Part shown: piece by piece, positions 29,180 to 38,427 of the stretch
Numbering within the stretch: the stretch's first letter is position 1
How the letters are laid out: each line of letters opens with the position of its first letter
DNA from: Streptosporangiales bacterium
Lineage (GTDB): Bacteria; Actinomycetota; Actinomycetes; Streptosporangiales; WHST01
Reading direction: 5' to 3'
NCBI GenBank assembly: GCA_009379825.1
Contig: WHTA01000004.1
Location: forward strand, 92,683 to 156,682
Length of the DNA stretch: 64,000 nt
Made by a program: the position numbers and the translations under genes
The notes under the pieces: model-generated
The model's input: only the letters and a program-made list of their open reading frames with translations
Databases searched by the model: none
What the model was told of the DNA's origin: nothing

Positions 29180-29197
29180 GAGGTTAGGCTAACCTAA
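29179..29197. promoter_or_regulatory. IdeR/DmdR/DtxR-type iron box
   Basis: TGAGGTTAGGCTAACCTAA matches the consensus TTAGGTTAGGCTAACCTAA at 18 of 19 positions. It overlaps the start codon of the binding-protein gene. Confidence 0.8.
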
Positions 29198-29249
29198 ACC
29201 TCGCCGTCACCATATGGCTTCGCTCACGCAGGCACGCGGCGTGTACCGG

Positions 29250-30362
29250 CTAGTGCTCGTGCACGATGACGCCGCGGATATTGCGGCCGGCACGCAGGTC
29301 CTGGTAGCCCTCGTTCACCTCGTCCAGGGCGTACCGCCTGGTCACCAGGGTGTCCAGCTCGAGCTTGCCGGCCTGGTAGAGACGCAGCAGCCGCACGATG
29401 TCGTACTGTGGGTTCGCGGAGCCGAACAGCGTGCCCTTGATCGTCTTCTCGAACAGCGTTAGCACGCCGCCGGACACGTGGATGGTCGCCTTCTCCGGGT
29501 TCGCCAGCCCCACCACCACGACCGTGCCGCCCTTGCCGACGGCGGCGAAGGCGGCGTTGACCACGTCCTCGTCGACGGTGCCTACGGTGACCAGCGCCTG
29601 GTCCGCTCCCTGTCCCCAGGTGACCTCGGTGATGGTCTCCTGTGCCTCCTCCGCGGTGGCGAACGCGTGCGTGGCGCCGAGGCGCAGCGCGGTGTCGCGC
29701 TTCAGCTCGACCGGGTCGACCACGACGACATGCTGCGCACCGGCGTGCACGGCGCCCTGCACGGCGTTGCAGCCGATGCCGCCGATGCCGTACACCACGA
29801 CGGTGTCGCCGGCGCGCACACCGCCGGCGTAGACCGCGCTCCCCCAGCCGGTGGGTACGCCGCAGCCGACGAGCACGGCGGTGTCGAGCGGCAGCGACTC
29901 GTCGACCTTGACCACGGAGTGCTGCGAGATCGTCGCGTACTGGCTGAACGTGCCCAGCATGCACATGCTGCCGTAGTCCTCGCCGGCGCTGTGGAACCTG
30001 AACGTGCCGTCGGCGAACGAGCCTTCGAGGGTGTTCGCGCCGAGGTCGCACAGGTTCTGCCGGCCGGTCGAGCAGTACCGGCAGGTGCCGCAGCTGGGGA
30101 TGAAGCTGCAGACCACGTGGTCGCCTGGTGCGACCTTCGTGACGCCGGGGCCGACCTCCTCGATGACGCCGGCGCCTTCGTGCCCGCCGACGATCGGGAA
30201 CCGCGGCACCAGGTCGCCGTCGGTGAGGTGCAGGTCGGAGTGGCACAGGCCGGCGGCCGTGTACCGGATCAGCACCTCCCCGGCGCCGGGGCCGTCCACG
30301 TCGAGCTCGGTGATCTCGAACGGTTTGCCGACGTCTCGCAGTACGGCTGCTTTCGTCTTCAT
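29250..30362 (-). CDS. zinc-dependent alcohol dehydrogenase (class III / mycothiol-dependent formaldehyde dehydrogenase-like)
   Basis: ATG 30362 in ORF 29250..30389. Motifs ..GLCHSDLH.., GHEGAGVIEEVG, CGTCRYC and GIGGIG. Confidence 0.85.
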   Translation of the reverse strand: MKTKAAVLRDVGKPFEITELDVDGPGAGEVLIRYTAAGLCHSDLHLTDGDLVPRFPIVGGHEGAGVIEEVGPGVTKVAPGDHVVCSFIPSCGTCRYCSTGRQNLCDLGANTLEGSFADGTFRFHSAGEDYGSMCMLGTFSQYATISQHSVVKVDESLPLDTAVLVGCGVPTGWGSAVYAGGVRAGDTVVVYGIGGIGCNAVQGAVHAGAQHVVVVDPVELKRDTALRLGATHAFATAEEAQETITEVTWGQGADQALVTVGTVDEDVVNAAFAAVGKGGTVVVVGLANPEKATIHVSGGVLTLFEKTIKGTLFGSANPQYDIVRLLRLYQAGKLELDTLVTRRYALDEVNEGYQDLRAGRNIRGVIVHEH

Positions 30363-30724
30363 CGGTGCTCCTCGGCGGGTTCCAGCCACTCGGTGACGAA
30401 CTCGTCACTGGCGTGGATGTTCACGCTCTCGAACCGGCCGGGTCCGAGGGTGCGGAACTTGTGTGGGGTATTCGCGGGCACCACGAGGATCTGTCCGGCC
30501 TGCCCGACGATCTCGTCGCTGCCCACGGTGAAGAGCGCGCGGCCCTGCCGGATGACGAACGTCTCCGGGTACGGGTGGCGGTGCAGGCGCGGGCCGCTCC
30601 CGACGTCCTCGGTGCTCTCCAGGATGATCGAGATGCCGGCGCCGTACGGCTTGCCCTGGTGGTTCTCGGTCCAGTCCTCGCCGTCGGCGCGACCGTCCTT
30701 GCGGTTGATGACGTGTGCGGTCAT
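30359..30724 (-). CDS. cupin domain protein
   Basis: ATG 30724 in ORF 30359..30985. Motifs ..RLHRHPYPETF.. and ..PANTPHKF... ATGA overlap with the ADH start. Confidence 0.7.
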   Translation of the reverse strand: MTAHVINRKDGRADGEDWTENHQGKPYGAGISIILESTEDVGSGPRLHRHPYPETFVIRQGRALFTVGSDEIVGQAGQILVVPANTPHKFRTLGPGRFESVNIHASDEFVTEWLEPAEEHR

Positions 30725-30832
30725 TGCTACGCCTCTCCACTTCCGACCACCTTGGCACGTTCCATGCGTCCGGCGCTGCCCCTTGGCCGATGTGTACTGG
30801 CCGTGGTCCGTACCGGCGGCTACCGTGCTGCC

Positions 30833-31459
30833 ATGGTGGAGCTGTTGCCGTTCCTCGGGCTGTGTCTGCTGATCACCGTCACGCCGGGGCTCGATACGGC
30901 GGTCGTACTGCGAAACACGATGCAGGGCGGCGTCGGTGCCGGCGTGCGTACCGGGCTCGGTTGCGCGCTTGGCCTGTTCGTCCACGCGGTGGCGGTCGCG
31001 TACGGCCTCGCCGAGCTACTGCTGCGCAGTGAGACGGCGTTCATGGTGGTCAAGCTGGTCGGCGCGGGTGTGCTGGTCGTGCTCGGCGGCAGGTCGTTGT
31101 GGTCGGCGGTGCGTACGAGGGACGCACACCAGGTGGCCGATGCGGCACCCGCCCGCGCCCCGCGTGGTACGCCGATGCTGCAGGGGCTGCTGACCAACCT
31201 CACCAACCCCAAGGCGACGCTGTTCTTCATGGCGAGCCTGCCGCAGTTCGTCCCCATGGACCGGCCGGCGCACGCGGTGCCGATCGCGCTCGGACTCGCG
31301 ATGATCGCCGTGCTGTTCAGCCTGACCGGCCTCGGCCTGGTCGCGGTCGGCGCCGGCAAGGTCAGGCACCTGCTGCGGTCGCGCCGGGTGCGGCGGATCC
31401 AGGAGGCGCTCTTGGGCACCACGTTGGTCGCCCTCGGCGTGCGGGTCGCCACCGAGTGA
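30833..31459 (+). CDS. LysE/RhtB family amino-acid exporter
   Basis: ATG 30833 in the 30365..31459 frame. Motifs ..LITVTPGLDT.. and ..LTNLTNPKATLFF... Confidence 0.8.
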   Translation: MVELLPFLGLCLLITVTPGLDTAVVLRNTMQGGVGAGVRTGLGCALGLFVHAVAVAYGLAELLLRSETAFMVVKLVGAGVLVVLGGRSLWSAVRTRDAHQVADAAPARAPRGTPMLQGLLTNLTNPKATLFFMASLPQFVPMDRPAHAVPIALGLAMIAVLFSLTGLGLVAVGAGKVRHLLRSRRVRRIQEALLGTTLVALGVRVATE

Positions 31460-31465
31460 CCGAAC

Positions 31466-31500
31466 CGCGGGCCGGCGCCCATGTGCGGCGCCGGCCCGCG
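31466..31500. terminator. 14-bp GC-rich hairpin between convergent genes
   Basis: CGCGGGCCGGCGCC - CATGTGC - GGCGCCGGCCCGCG, a perfect stem. It lies between the LysE stop (31459) and the carboxylesterase stop (31567). Confidence 0.5.
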
Positions 31501-31566
31501 CCCGAGGAGCGAGGTGCTCCTACCTGCCGGGAGGCGGGTGGGTGGTTTGCACTCCCGGCAAACCCG

Positions 31567-33059
31567 TCACACCGCGCGCCAGAACCCGCAGCGGTGTTCA
31601 CGAGCGATGTCCACCGGACCGACCCGTTCGCTGTGGAACGACATGGCGACGCCGTCGCGGTAGGTGCGCCAACCGGCCGCGGGATGCCCGGTCCTGGCGA
31701 ACGTCGTCCAGTGGTCGATGAGGTTCTGCGCTAGCCGTTGGCGCGGCTGCGACATCGGGGGCGCCGGAGGGCCAGGCAGGTAGCTGTCGAAGTAGTACGG
31801 GATATCCGCGCCGTGGGAGGCGAGGTACGGCATATCACCAACGACGGTGTCCATCGGTTCCGCGAACTCGTACGCGTAGACCGGAGCGCGCTTGTCTGCG
31901 GCGTCGTTGTACGGCAGCTGTGTGCACGTACCTACCTGCCCGCCCTCGTCGGTGAGTGCCGTCGCCAGCGCGATGCTGGGCGTGTCGAAGTCAGCGTGCG
32001 GGTACTCGGCGAGCACGCGGTTGGCGTCGTTGCCGAACATCTCCTCGACGACCTGTCGGTACTGCACGGCCGACACCGGTTCGCCGACGGCGTCGTACTT
32101 GCTCGCGATGATTGAGCGCATCTCCTCCCGGGTGCCACCGTGGATCAGCGGAACGCTGTTCGCCACCCCGGTGCGGAAGACCAACTGCCTGTCGGACCAC
32201 AGGGCCGCGAGCTCCCGCGCCGACCGGTTGCGCAGGCACGCCGCGACGTCGGCCGCCGCGCCGCAACTGAGCGCGCCGACGGCGTCCTGGCCACGGCGTT
32301 CGGCCTCGCGCCGGGTGAGCAGGTCGTTGCCGCACGGTGCGCTGTGCACGATGGCCTTGTCGAACAGTCCGCGGGCCGCCGGGGAGGAGAGCTGCGCGCA
32401 GACGCTGAAGCCACCCGCGGACTCGCCCCACAGCGTGACGTTGCCGGCGTCTCCGCCGAACGCCGCGATGTTGCCACGAACCCAGCGCAACGCTGCCTGC
32501 TGGTCGGCGATACCGAAGTTGCCTGCGAACGGGTCGCGCAGTGACGCGTGCCGGAGGAAGCCGAGTGCGCCGAGCCGGTAGTTCGCCGTCACGACGATGA
32601 CGTCGCCTGCCCTCGTGACCCGCCGCGGGTCGTAACCGGCGCCGGAGCCGCTGGTGAACCGCCGCCGTGGAAGAACAGCATCACCGGCAGCGGCCCCGTT
32701 GCGCCCTTCGGCACGTGGACGTTCAGGTCGAGGCAGTCCTCGTCACCGGTGAATGTCGGCGGTGAGCCGGGGGGATACACGTAGACCTGCGCACACGACG
32801 AGCCTGGTTCGGTGGCGTCCCGTATGCCGGTCCACGGCTGGTTCGGGCGGGGTGCGCGCAGCCGCAGCTCGCCGACGGGTGGCTGTGCGTACGGGATGCC
32901 TTGGAAGATCCGGTGATCCTCGGTCGCTGTGCCGCGAACCGCGCCGTCGGAGGTGCGGACGACGGCGCCGCCGGTGGCAGCGGCAGCCGGGCTGCCGACG
33001 GTGACCAGCAGTGTGAGCACGATTGGCACCACGAGCGCGAAGAGCCGTGACCTGTTCAT
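31567..33059 (-). pseudogene. secreted type-B carboxylesterase, frameshifted
   Basis: Pieces 32589..33059 (signal peptide, ..IFQGIPYAQPP..) and 31567..32592 (GESAGG nucleophile elbow). The junction ..FFHGGG|FTSGSGAGYDP.. lacks one nucleotide near 32659. Confidence 0.8.
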
Positions 33060-33161
33060 GCGGACACGATCGTGCCTACTGCTGCTCAGCGCGTCCCGCC
33101 GGCAGCGTATCCCCGGCTACGTCCGTCGACGTACGTGTCTCGCGCGCTGCTTCGGGGCAGA

Positions 33162-33998
33162 ATGTCGATGGTGCGGATAGCGGTGACGGGTGCGACCGGG
33201 CAGTTGGGCGGCCAGGTGGCGCGGATCCTGGCGGCCGAAGGACACCACGTGGTCGCGGTGTCCAGGAACCGGGCCGACTCGCTGCCTGGCGTCGAGCCTG
33301 CGGTGGCGGACTACGCGGACCCCGCCGCCCTCCGTGCCGCGCTGAGCGGCGTGGACGCGCTGGTCTTCGTCTCCAGCGACGGCGACGCCGCGAAGATGAT
33401 GCTCCACCACCGGAACGTCGTGCATGCCGCGGCCGACTCGGGCATCGCGCACGTCGTGGCACTCAGCGGCCTGGACGCCGACCTGGCATCGCCGTTCTGC
33501 TACGGCGTGACCAACGGCTACACAGAGCAGCTGCTGCGCGACACCGGCTGCCCGTACTCCGTCGTGCGGGCCTCGATCTTCACCGAGTTCTTCCTGCACT
33601 GGCTCACCGCGGCCAGGTCGTCGGGCGAGATCCGGCTGCCCGCAGCCGCCGCGCGCCTCTCGCTGGTGGCGCGCACGGACGTGGGCCGTTGCCTGGCCGC
33701 GCTCGCTGTGGCCGGGCCGACCGGCCGCCACCACGACGTGACCGGCCCGGCGGCGCTCGACCTGAACGTGATCGCCGCCGAAGCGGCGGCGCACTGGCGC
33801 ACACCGATCAGGTACGTCGAGGTGTCGCCGGCAGAGCACTGCGTGGAGATGGCGCGGGCCGGCGAGCATCCGTGGTGGATGTACGCGTACTCGTCGATGT
33901 TCACCTCGGTCAGGCAACACCGCTGGGCGGCGACCTCGGACGAGGTGGCGGCCCTCACCGGGCGCCCCGCGACCGCGCTGCGCGACCTGCTGACGTGA
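33162..33998 (+). CDS. NmrA-like / atypical SDR NAD(P)-binding protein
   Basis: ATG 33162 (or 33168) in ORF 33072..33998. Rossmann motif ..IAVTGATGQLGG... Confidence 0.75.
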   Translation: MSMVRIAVTGATGQLGGQVARILAAEGHHVVAVSRNRADSLPGVEPAVADYADPAALRAALSGVDALVFVSSDGDAAKMMLHHRNVVHAAADSGIAHVVALSGLDADLASPFCYGVTNGYTEQLLRDTGCPYSVVRASIFTEFFLHWLTAARSSGEIRLPAAAARLSLVARTDVGRCLAALAVAGPTGRHHDVTGPAALDLNVIAAEAAAHWRTPIRYVEVSPAEHCVEMARAGEHPWWMYAYSSMFTSVRQHRWAATSDEVAALTGRPATALRDLLT

Positions 33999-34065
33999 CG
34001 GCGGCCGTCATGCGGGTGCACAATCGAAGTGAGGTGCCTGCGGTCGGCGACCGGGGAGGTGACCC

Positions 34066-34305
34066 GTGCGTAGCGAGTCCTACGTCGAGAGGTATTCGTT
34101 CACTTGCGTACATTGCCGGCATCACTGGAGTGCCGAGTACGAGGTACGCCACGTCGAGGACGGGCACGGCCACGAGCACGACTACTACTCGCGTGACGGC
34201 CTGCCGGTGGTGACGCCCACCGCACCTGGCGGCCCGTGCTGTCCGCAGTGTGGGGCGCACTGGGTGTCGCCGGCGATCCAGGGACTCCGTACGACACGGG
34301 CCTGA
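34066..34305 (+). CDS. small zinc-ribbon-like protein (two CxxC pairs)
   Basis: ORF track 34066..34305, GTG after GGGGAGG. CVHC and CPQC pairs flank a His/acidic-rich centre. Confidence 0.5.
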   Translation: MRSESYVERYSFTCVHCRHHWSAEYEVRHVEDGHGHEHDYYSRDGLPVVTPTAPGGPCCPQCGAHWVSPAIQGLRTTRA

Positions 34306-34352
34306 GTGCGGTTGGATAGGGGCACCAGCCAGCACGAGCGAGAGGTGCCCCG

Positions 34353-35426
34353 ATGCCCCCGATCGTCGTCGACTGCGATCCCGGCCACGACGACGCGATC
34401 GCGCTCCTCCTCGCGGCGGCCAGCGATGCAGTGGAGCTGTTGGCCGTCACCACGGTCGCGGGCAACCAGACGCTCGAGAAGTGCACGCTCAACGCCCGCC
34501 GCATCCTGACCCTCGGTGGCATCGACGTGCCGCTTGCGGCGGGCGCCGACCGTCCGTTGGTGCGGCCACCGCGGGTCGCGTCCGACATCCACGGCGAGTC
34601 CGGGCTGGACGGCCCGGCACTCCCGACGCCGGCGGTGGACGTCGTCAGCGAGCCGGCTGTCGAGCTGCTCAGGCGCACCCTGCTCGACCATGGCGAACCG
34701 GTGACGCTCGTGCCTGTCGGGCCGCTGACGAACATCGCGACGTTGCTCGACCGCCATCCCGAGGTGCGTGAGCAGGTCGCCGCGATCGTCCTGATGGGTG
34801 GCTCGACCGAGCGCGGCAACTCCTCGCCGTACGCGGAGTTCAACATCCGCGTGGACCCCGAGGCGGCCGAGCTCGTCTTCGGCAGCGGCCTGCCCGTCAC
34901 CATGGTCGGGCTGAACGCGTCGCACCAGGCGCTGGTCACGCCGGACGTCGTGGCGCGGCTGCGCGGTCTCGAGACGCCGGCCGGGGACGTCTGCGCGGAC
35001 CTGATGACGTTCTTCGCGGACGCCTACCACCGGGTGTTCGGCCTGCCGGGGGCGCCGCTGCACGACCCGATCGCCGTGGCCAGGGTGATCGCTCCCTCCC
35101 TCGTCGAGTGCGTACGCGCGCCGGTGCGCGTGGAGACCGCGGGTACCTACACCGACGGCGCCACCGTCGTCGACCTCCACCACGTCACCGGGGAGCCGGA
35201 CAACGCCGACGTCGCCGTCCGGGTCGACGTCCCCGGCTTCTTCGACCTGGTGGTCGACGCCGTCGCCACGTACCGGCGAGTCAGCGGGTCACGCCACGGC
35301 GTTGACACAGCGCGTCGACGAGGTCCTCGGCGGTGCGCGTCGGCACGGACACGCCGAGCCGGTTGGCCAGCCGCAGTGCGGTGGGTGGGCGGACATGCGA
35401 GAGCGCCAGGTCCTCCTCCTGCCTGA
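34353..35426 (+). CDS. nucleoside hydrolase (IU-NH family)
   Basis: ORF track 34353..35426, with the N-terminal aspartate cluster DCDPGHDDA. The homologous part seems to end near ..DAVATY (about 35275). The last ~45 codons overlap the convergent gene. Confidence 0.8.
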   Translation: MPPIVVDCDPGHDDAIALLLAAASDAVELLAVTTVAGNQTLEKCTLNARRILTLGGIDVPLAAGADRPLVRPPRVASDIHGESGLDGPALPTPAVDVVSEPAVELLRRTLLDHGEPVTLVPVGPLTNIATLLDRHPEVREQVAAIVLMGGSTERGNSSPYAEFNIRVDPEAAELVFGSGLPVTMVGLNASHQALVTPDVVARLRGLETPAGDVCADLMTFFADAYHRVFGLPGAPLHDPIAVARVIAPSLVECVRAPVRVETAGTYTDGATVVDLHHVTGEPDNADVAVRVDVPGFFDLVVDAVATYRRVSGSRHGVDTARRRGPRRCASARTRRAGWPAAVRWVGGHARAPGPPPA

Positions 35427-36099
35427 GGACGTCGAGGGCCGGCCCGTCGAGCAGCACCCGTCCCGCGTGCATCACGACGATCCGGTCGGCGACCTTCGCG
35501 GCGAACTCCACGTCGTGCGTGCCGACGACCACCAGACGGTCGTCGGCGACGAGGTCGTGACACAGCCGTTCGAGCGCGGCCAGGCCGGCGGCGTCCTGGC
35601 CGGCGGTGGGCTCGTCGAGGACGACCAGGGGGGTGTCCATCGCGACGACGGACGCGATGGCGATGAGCTTGCGTACCGAGAGCCCGAAGTCCAGCGGGTT
35701 CCTGTCGTCCACGTCCGCGAGACCGAACCGTTCGAGCGCCGTGGTGGCCAGCTCGCCGGCACGCCGGTCGGGGATGCCGAGGTTCTTTGCGCCGTACTGC
35801 ACCTCCGCGCGGAGAGTGGAGTAGAACAGCTGGTCGTCCGGGTTCTGGAACACCAGGCCGACGGTGGCGGCGAGCTTCGCCACGCTCTGCCTGGCGGTGT
35901 CGACGCCGTCGACGTCCACCCGACCGGCGGTCGGCCGCAACAGGCCGTTCAGGTGTTTCATCAGCGTCGACTTGCCCGAGCCGTTCTGGCCGACCACGCA
36001 GACACAGCCGCGGGTCAGGTCGACGGTGACCTGGTCGAGTGCGCTCACGCTGCCCGGGTAGTCGTACGCGACCTCACGCAAGCCGATGGTCGGTGCCAC
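35281..36099 (-). CDS. ECF transporter ATPase (EcfA/CbiO-type)
   Basis: GTG 36099 in ORF 35281..36228. Walker A GQNGSGKST and Walker B VLDEPTAGQD. Confidence 0.8.
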   Translation of the reverse strand: MAPTIGLREVAYDYPGSVSALDQVTVDLTRGCVCVVGQNGSGKSTLMKHLNGLLRPTAGRVDVDGVDTARQSVAKLAATVGLVFQNPDDQLFYSTLRAEVQYGAKNLGIPDRRAGELATTALERFGLADVDDRNPLDFGLSVRKLIAIASVVAMDTPLVVLDEPTAGQDAAGLAALERLCHDLVADDRLVVVGTHDVEFAAKVADRIVVMHAGRVLLDGPALDVLRQEEDLALSHVRPPTALRLANRLGVSVPTRTAEDLVDALCQRRGVTR

Positions 36100-36100
36100 G

Positions 36101-36949
36101 TCACGCTCCCGGTAGCAGTTGTGCGACGAGCTCGGCCTCGGACAACGGCAGCGGCGAGGCATCCGGCAGCGCCCCAGGTCGCCGTGCGAGGTCGGCGATC
36201 TCGGCGACCGGCGGTATGCGCACCGCACCCGGGTCGTCGAGCAACCGCTCGACGACGGCGCGCGGATGGTCGTCGAGCTGGATCCGGCCGTCGGCGAGGA
36301 CGAGCAGCCGGTCCACGTGGTGGATGACCGGGCCGAGGTCCTGCGACACCAGCACCACCGTGTACCCCTTGTCGGTCAGCGTGAACACGTGCTCGAGCAC
36401 CTCTTCGCACCCGATCGGGTCCAGCTGCGAAGTGGGTTCGTCGAGGACGATCACCTCAGGGCGCATGGCGAGCAACGACGCGAGCGCGACCCGTTGCGCC
36501 TGGCCACCGGAGAGCTGCAGCGGCTCGCGCTCGGCGAGGTCGGTGATGTCGAGGTCGGCCAGCGCCTGGTCGACCCGGGCGGCGATGGCCTCCGGCTGCA
36601 CGCCGAGGTTCTCCAGCCCGAACGCGATCTCGTCGAGCACGGTGGTCGTGGCGCCGGTCAGCTGGTCGAACGGGTTGTCGAAGAGCAACCCGACCTTGTC
36701 CACTAGATGCTCGTGCTGAGCGCCGATGTCGGTGCCGTCGACGCTGACCGTGCCGGTGAACTCACCCTCGAAGAAGCGCGGGATGTAGCCGCCGATCAGT
36801 CGGCAGAACGTGCTCTTCCCCGCGCCCGCTCCTCCGGTCACCGCGACGAAGGAGCCCTCCTCGATCTCGCAGCTCACCTGTGCGAGCACCTGGGTGTCCG
36901 GGCGCGAGCCGTACGCGAAGGTGACGTCGTCGACCTTGATCACAGCCAT
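36101..36949 (-). CDS. ECF transporter ATPase (second EcfA-type subunit)
   Basis: ATG 36949 in ORF 36101..36988. Motifs GGAGAGKST, LSGGQAQRV and VLDEPTSQLD. Confidence 0.8.
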   Translation of the reverse strand: MAVIKVDDVTFAYGSRPDTQVLAQVSCEIEEGSFVAVTGGAGAGKSTFCRLIGGYIPRFFEGEFTGTVSVDGTDIGAQHEHLVDKVGLLFDNPFDQLTGATTTVLDEIAFGLENLGVQPEAIAARVDQALADLDITDLAEREPLQLSGGQAQRVALASLLAMRPEVIVLDEPTSQLDPIGCEEVLEHVFTLTDKGYTVVLVSQDLGPVIHHVDRLLVLADGRIQLDDHPRAVVERLLDDPGAVRIPPVAEIADLARRPGALPDASPLPLSEAELVAQLLPGA

Positions 36950-37725
36950 GTCGCCACCCGCCACGCGAGAGCTGCGACGGCCAGGCACACGACGCCGACG
37001 CGGGTGACCTTGTCGGTGCGCGTGTCGTTTAGCACGAGCAGCGACGTCCGTTCGCCCGTGTGGTTGAGGCCCCTGGCCTCGAGCGCGATAGCACGGGTCT
37101 CCGCGGTGACGAGCGCGCCGCTGAACAACGGGATGACGATGGACCGCAGGGACCGGAACCTGGTGACCAGGTTCGCGCGCACGTCGAGTCCGCGCGCCTG
37201 CTGTGCCTGCACGATGCGGCTCACCCGCGCCTGCGCGTCAGGCACGAACTGCATCGCCGCGAGCACGACGTACGCGAACTTCGGCGACAGACCCCGCTGG
37301 GTGAGGCCGACGGCCAGCTCCTTCGGCCTGGTCGATACGACGAGCAGGATCGCGCAGAGCATGATCACCGCGAGCCGCGAAGCGTACGTGGTCGTTGCGG
37401 CGATCCCTTCCATGCTGACCTCGAAGGGCCCCCAGCTCCCGAGGACGCCTTCGCGGTCCGGCTGAAGCAGCCCCTGGATCACGCACAGCGCGATGGCGAG
37501 CGGCAGGAAGAGCACTGCGGCCGCTCGCAGGAGCGGCCGCAGCGTGGCGGACGTGACGGTCAGCAGCAGGAGCACGCCGGTGATGCCGGCCGCGATCCAG
37601 TAGCCGGGCCCGAGGAACGCGGCGAGCGAGAGACCGACGGCCATCGTCAGTTTCGTCACCGGATGCAGTGGGTGCAGCAGTGATCGTCCCGGCAGGTAGC
37701 CGAAGGACGTGGTGCGTCTCGACAC
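36940..37725 (-). CDS. ECF transporter transmembrane T component (EcfT/CbiQ-like)
   Basis: ORF track 36940..37725. Polytopic membrane protein with two Ala-Arg-Gly coupling motifs (..QQARGL.., ..LEARGL..). Confidence 0.75.
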   Translation of the reverse strand: MSRRTTSFGYLPGRSLLHPLHPVTKLTMAVGLSLAAFLGPGYWIAAGITGVLLLLTVTSATLRPLLRAAAVLFLPLAIALCVIQGLLQPDREGVLGSWGPFEVSMEGIAATTTYASRLAVIMLCAILLVVSTRPKELAVGLTQRGLSPKFAYVVLAAMQFVPDAQARVSRIVQAQQARGLDVRANLVTRFRSLRSIVIPLFSGALVTAETRAIALEARGLNHTGERTSLLVLNDTRTDKVTRVGVVCLAVAALAWRVATWL

Positions 37726-37737
37726 GGCAGCACCTCG

Positions 37738-38394
37738 TCAACGGGTGAGGGCTCTGGTCGCGCGTGTGGTCCGGTACCTGGCCGGGAGCACCTTGATGAT
37801 GAGCACGGCGATGAAGACGCTGAGGATCTTGTCGATTGGTTCCACGATGAACTTCGACTTCACCACACTGGACCAGATCTGGTCGCCGGTTGCAAGGAAG
37901 AACGCAGTTATCGCGGACTCACCCGTGCCGCCCGCGCCGCCCGTGGTGGCGACGATGATGGGGGCGGCGATCACGGCTGCGGTCACCGTCAGGATCAATC
38001 CGACGACGAGGCGGCCGATGTTGGTTCGCATGAGGCCCTTGACGGCAAGGATTCCAGCGACGATCCCGATGATGGCCTGCAACGGTGCGTAGCAGATCCA
38101 GATCGGGTTGACGGCGGTCATCACCACGTTCGTGGTGATCCCGGTGACCGCTGCGACCCAGGGGCCGCACATGATCGCCACGAGGATGGTTCCGACCACG
38201 TCGAGGAAGATGGGCAGGTGCAGGGCCTGCACTACCGCTCCCAGGGCGACGTTGATACCGACCCCGACGGGGATGATCACCCATGCCCTCGTGTTGAAGT
38301 CGCTCTTCACGCCCTGCAGGAAGCCGACGGGTTCCGTGTCCGAAGACCGTGATGTGCTCATATCGGCCGAGACCTTTCTTCGGGGGGCGGGCAT
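37738..38394 (-). CDS. ECF transporter substrate-specific S component, substrate unknown
   Basis: ATG 38394 lies six nt after AAGGAG. Small protein with about 6 helices, directly upstream of the EcfT/EcfA/EcfA' genes. Confidence 0.65.
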   Translation of the reverse strand: MPAPRRKVSADMSTSRSSDTEPVGFLQGVKSDFNTRAWVIIPVGVGINVALGAVVQALHLPIFLDVVGTILVAIMCGPWVAAVTGITTNVVMTAVNPIWICYAPLQAIIGIVAGILAVKGLMRTNIGRLVVGLILTVTAAVIAAPIIVATTGGAGGTGESAITAFFLATGDQIWSSVVKSKFIVEPIDKILSVFIAVLIIKVLPARYRTTRATRALTR

Positions 38395-38427
38395 CGGGTG
38401 CTCCTTATGGTCGATGCCGCGTCGAAT

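Noticed and set aside
38395-38427. Possible TPP or other vitamin riboswitch upstream of the ECF S component.
   Set aside because: Only ~35 nt separate the start codon from the operator and the upstream gene stop. This is far too short for any known riboswitch aptamer.
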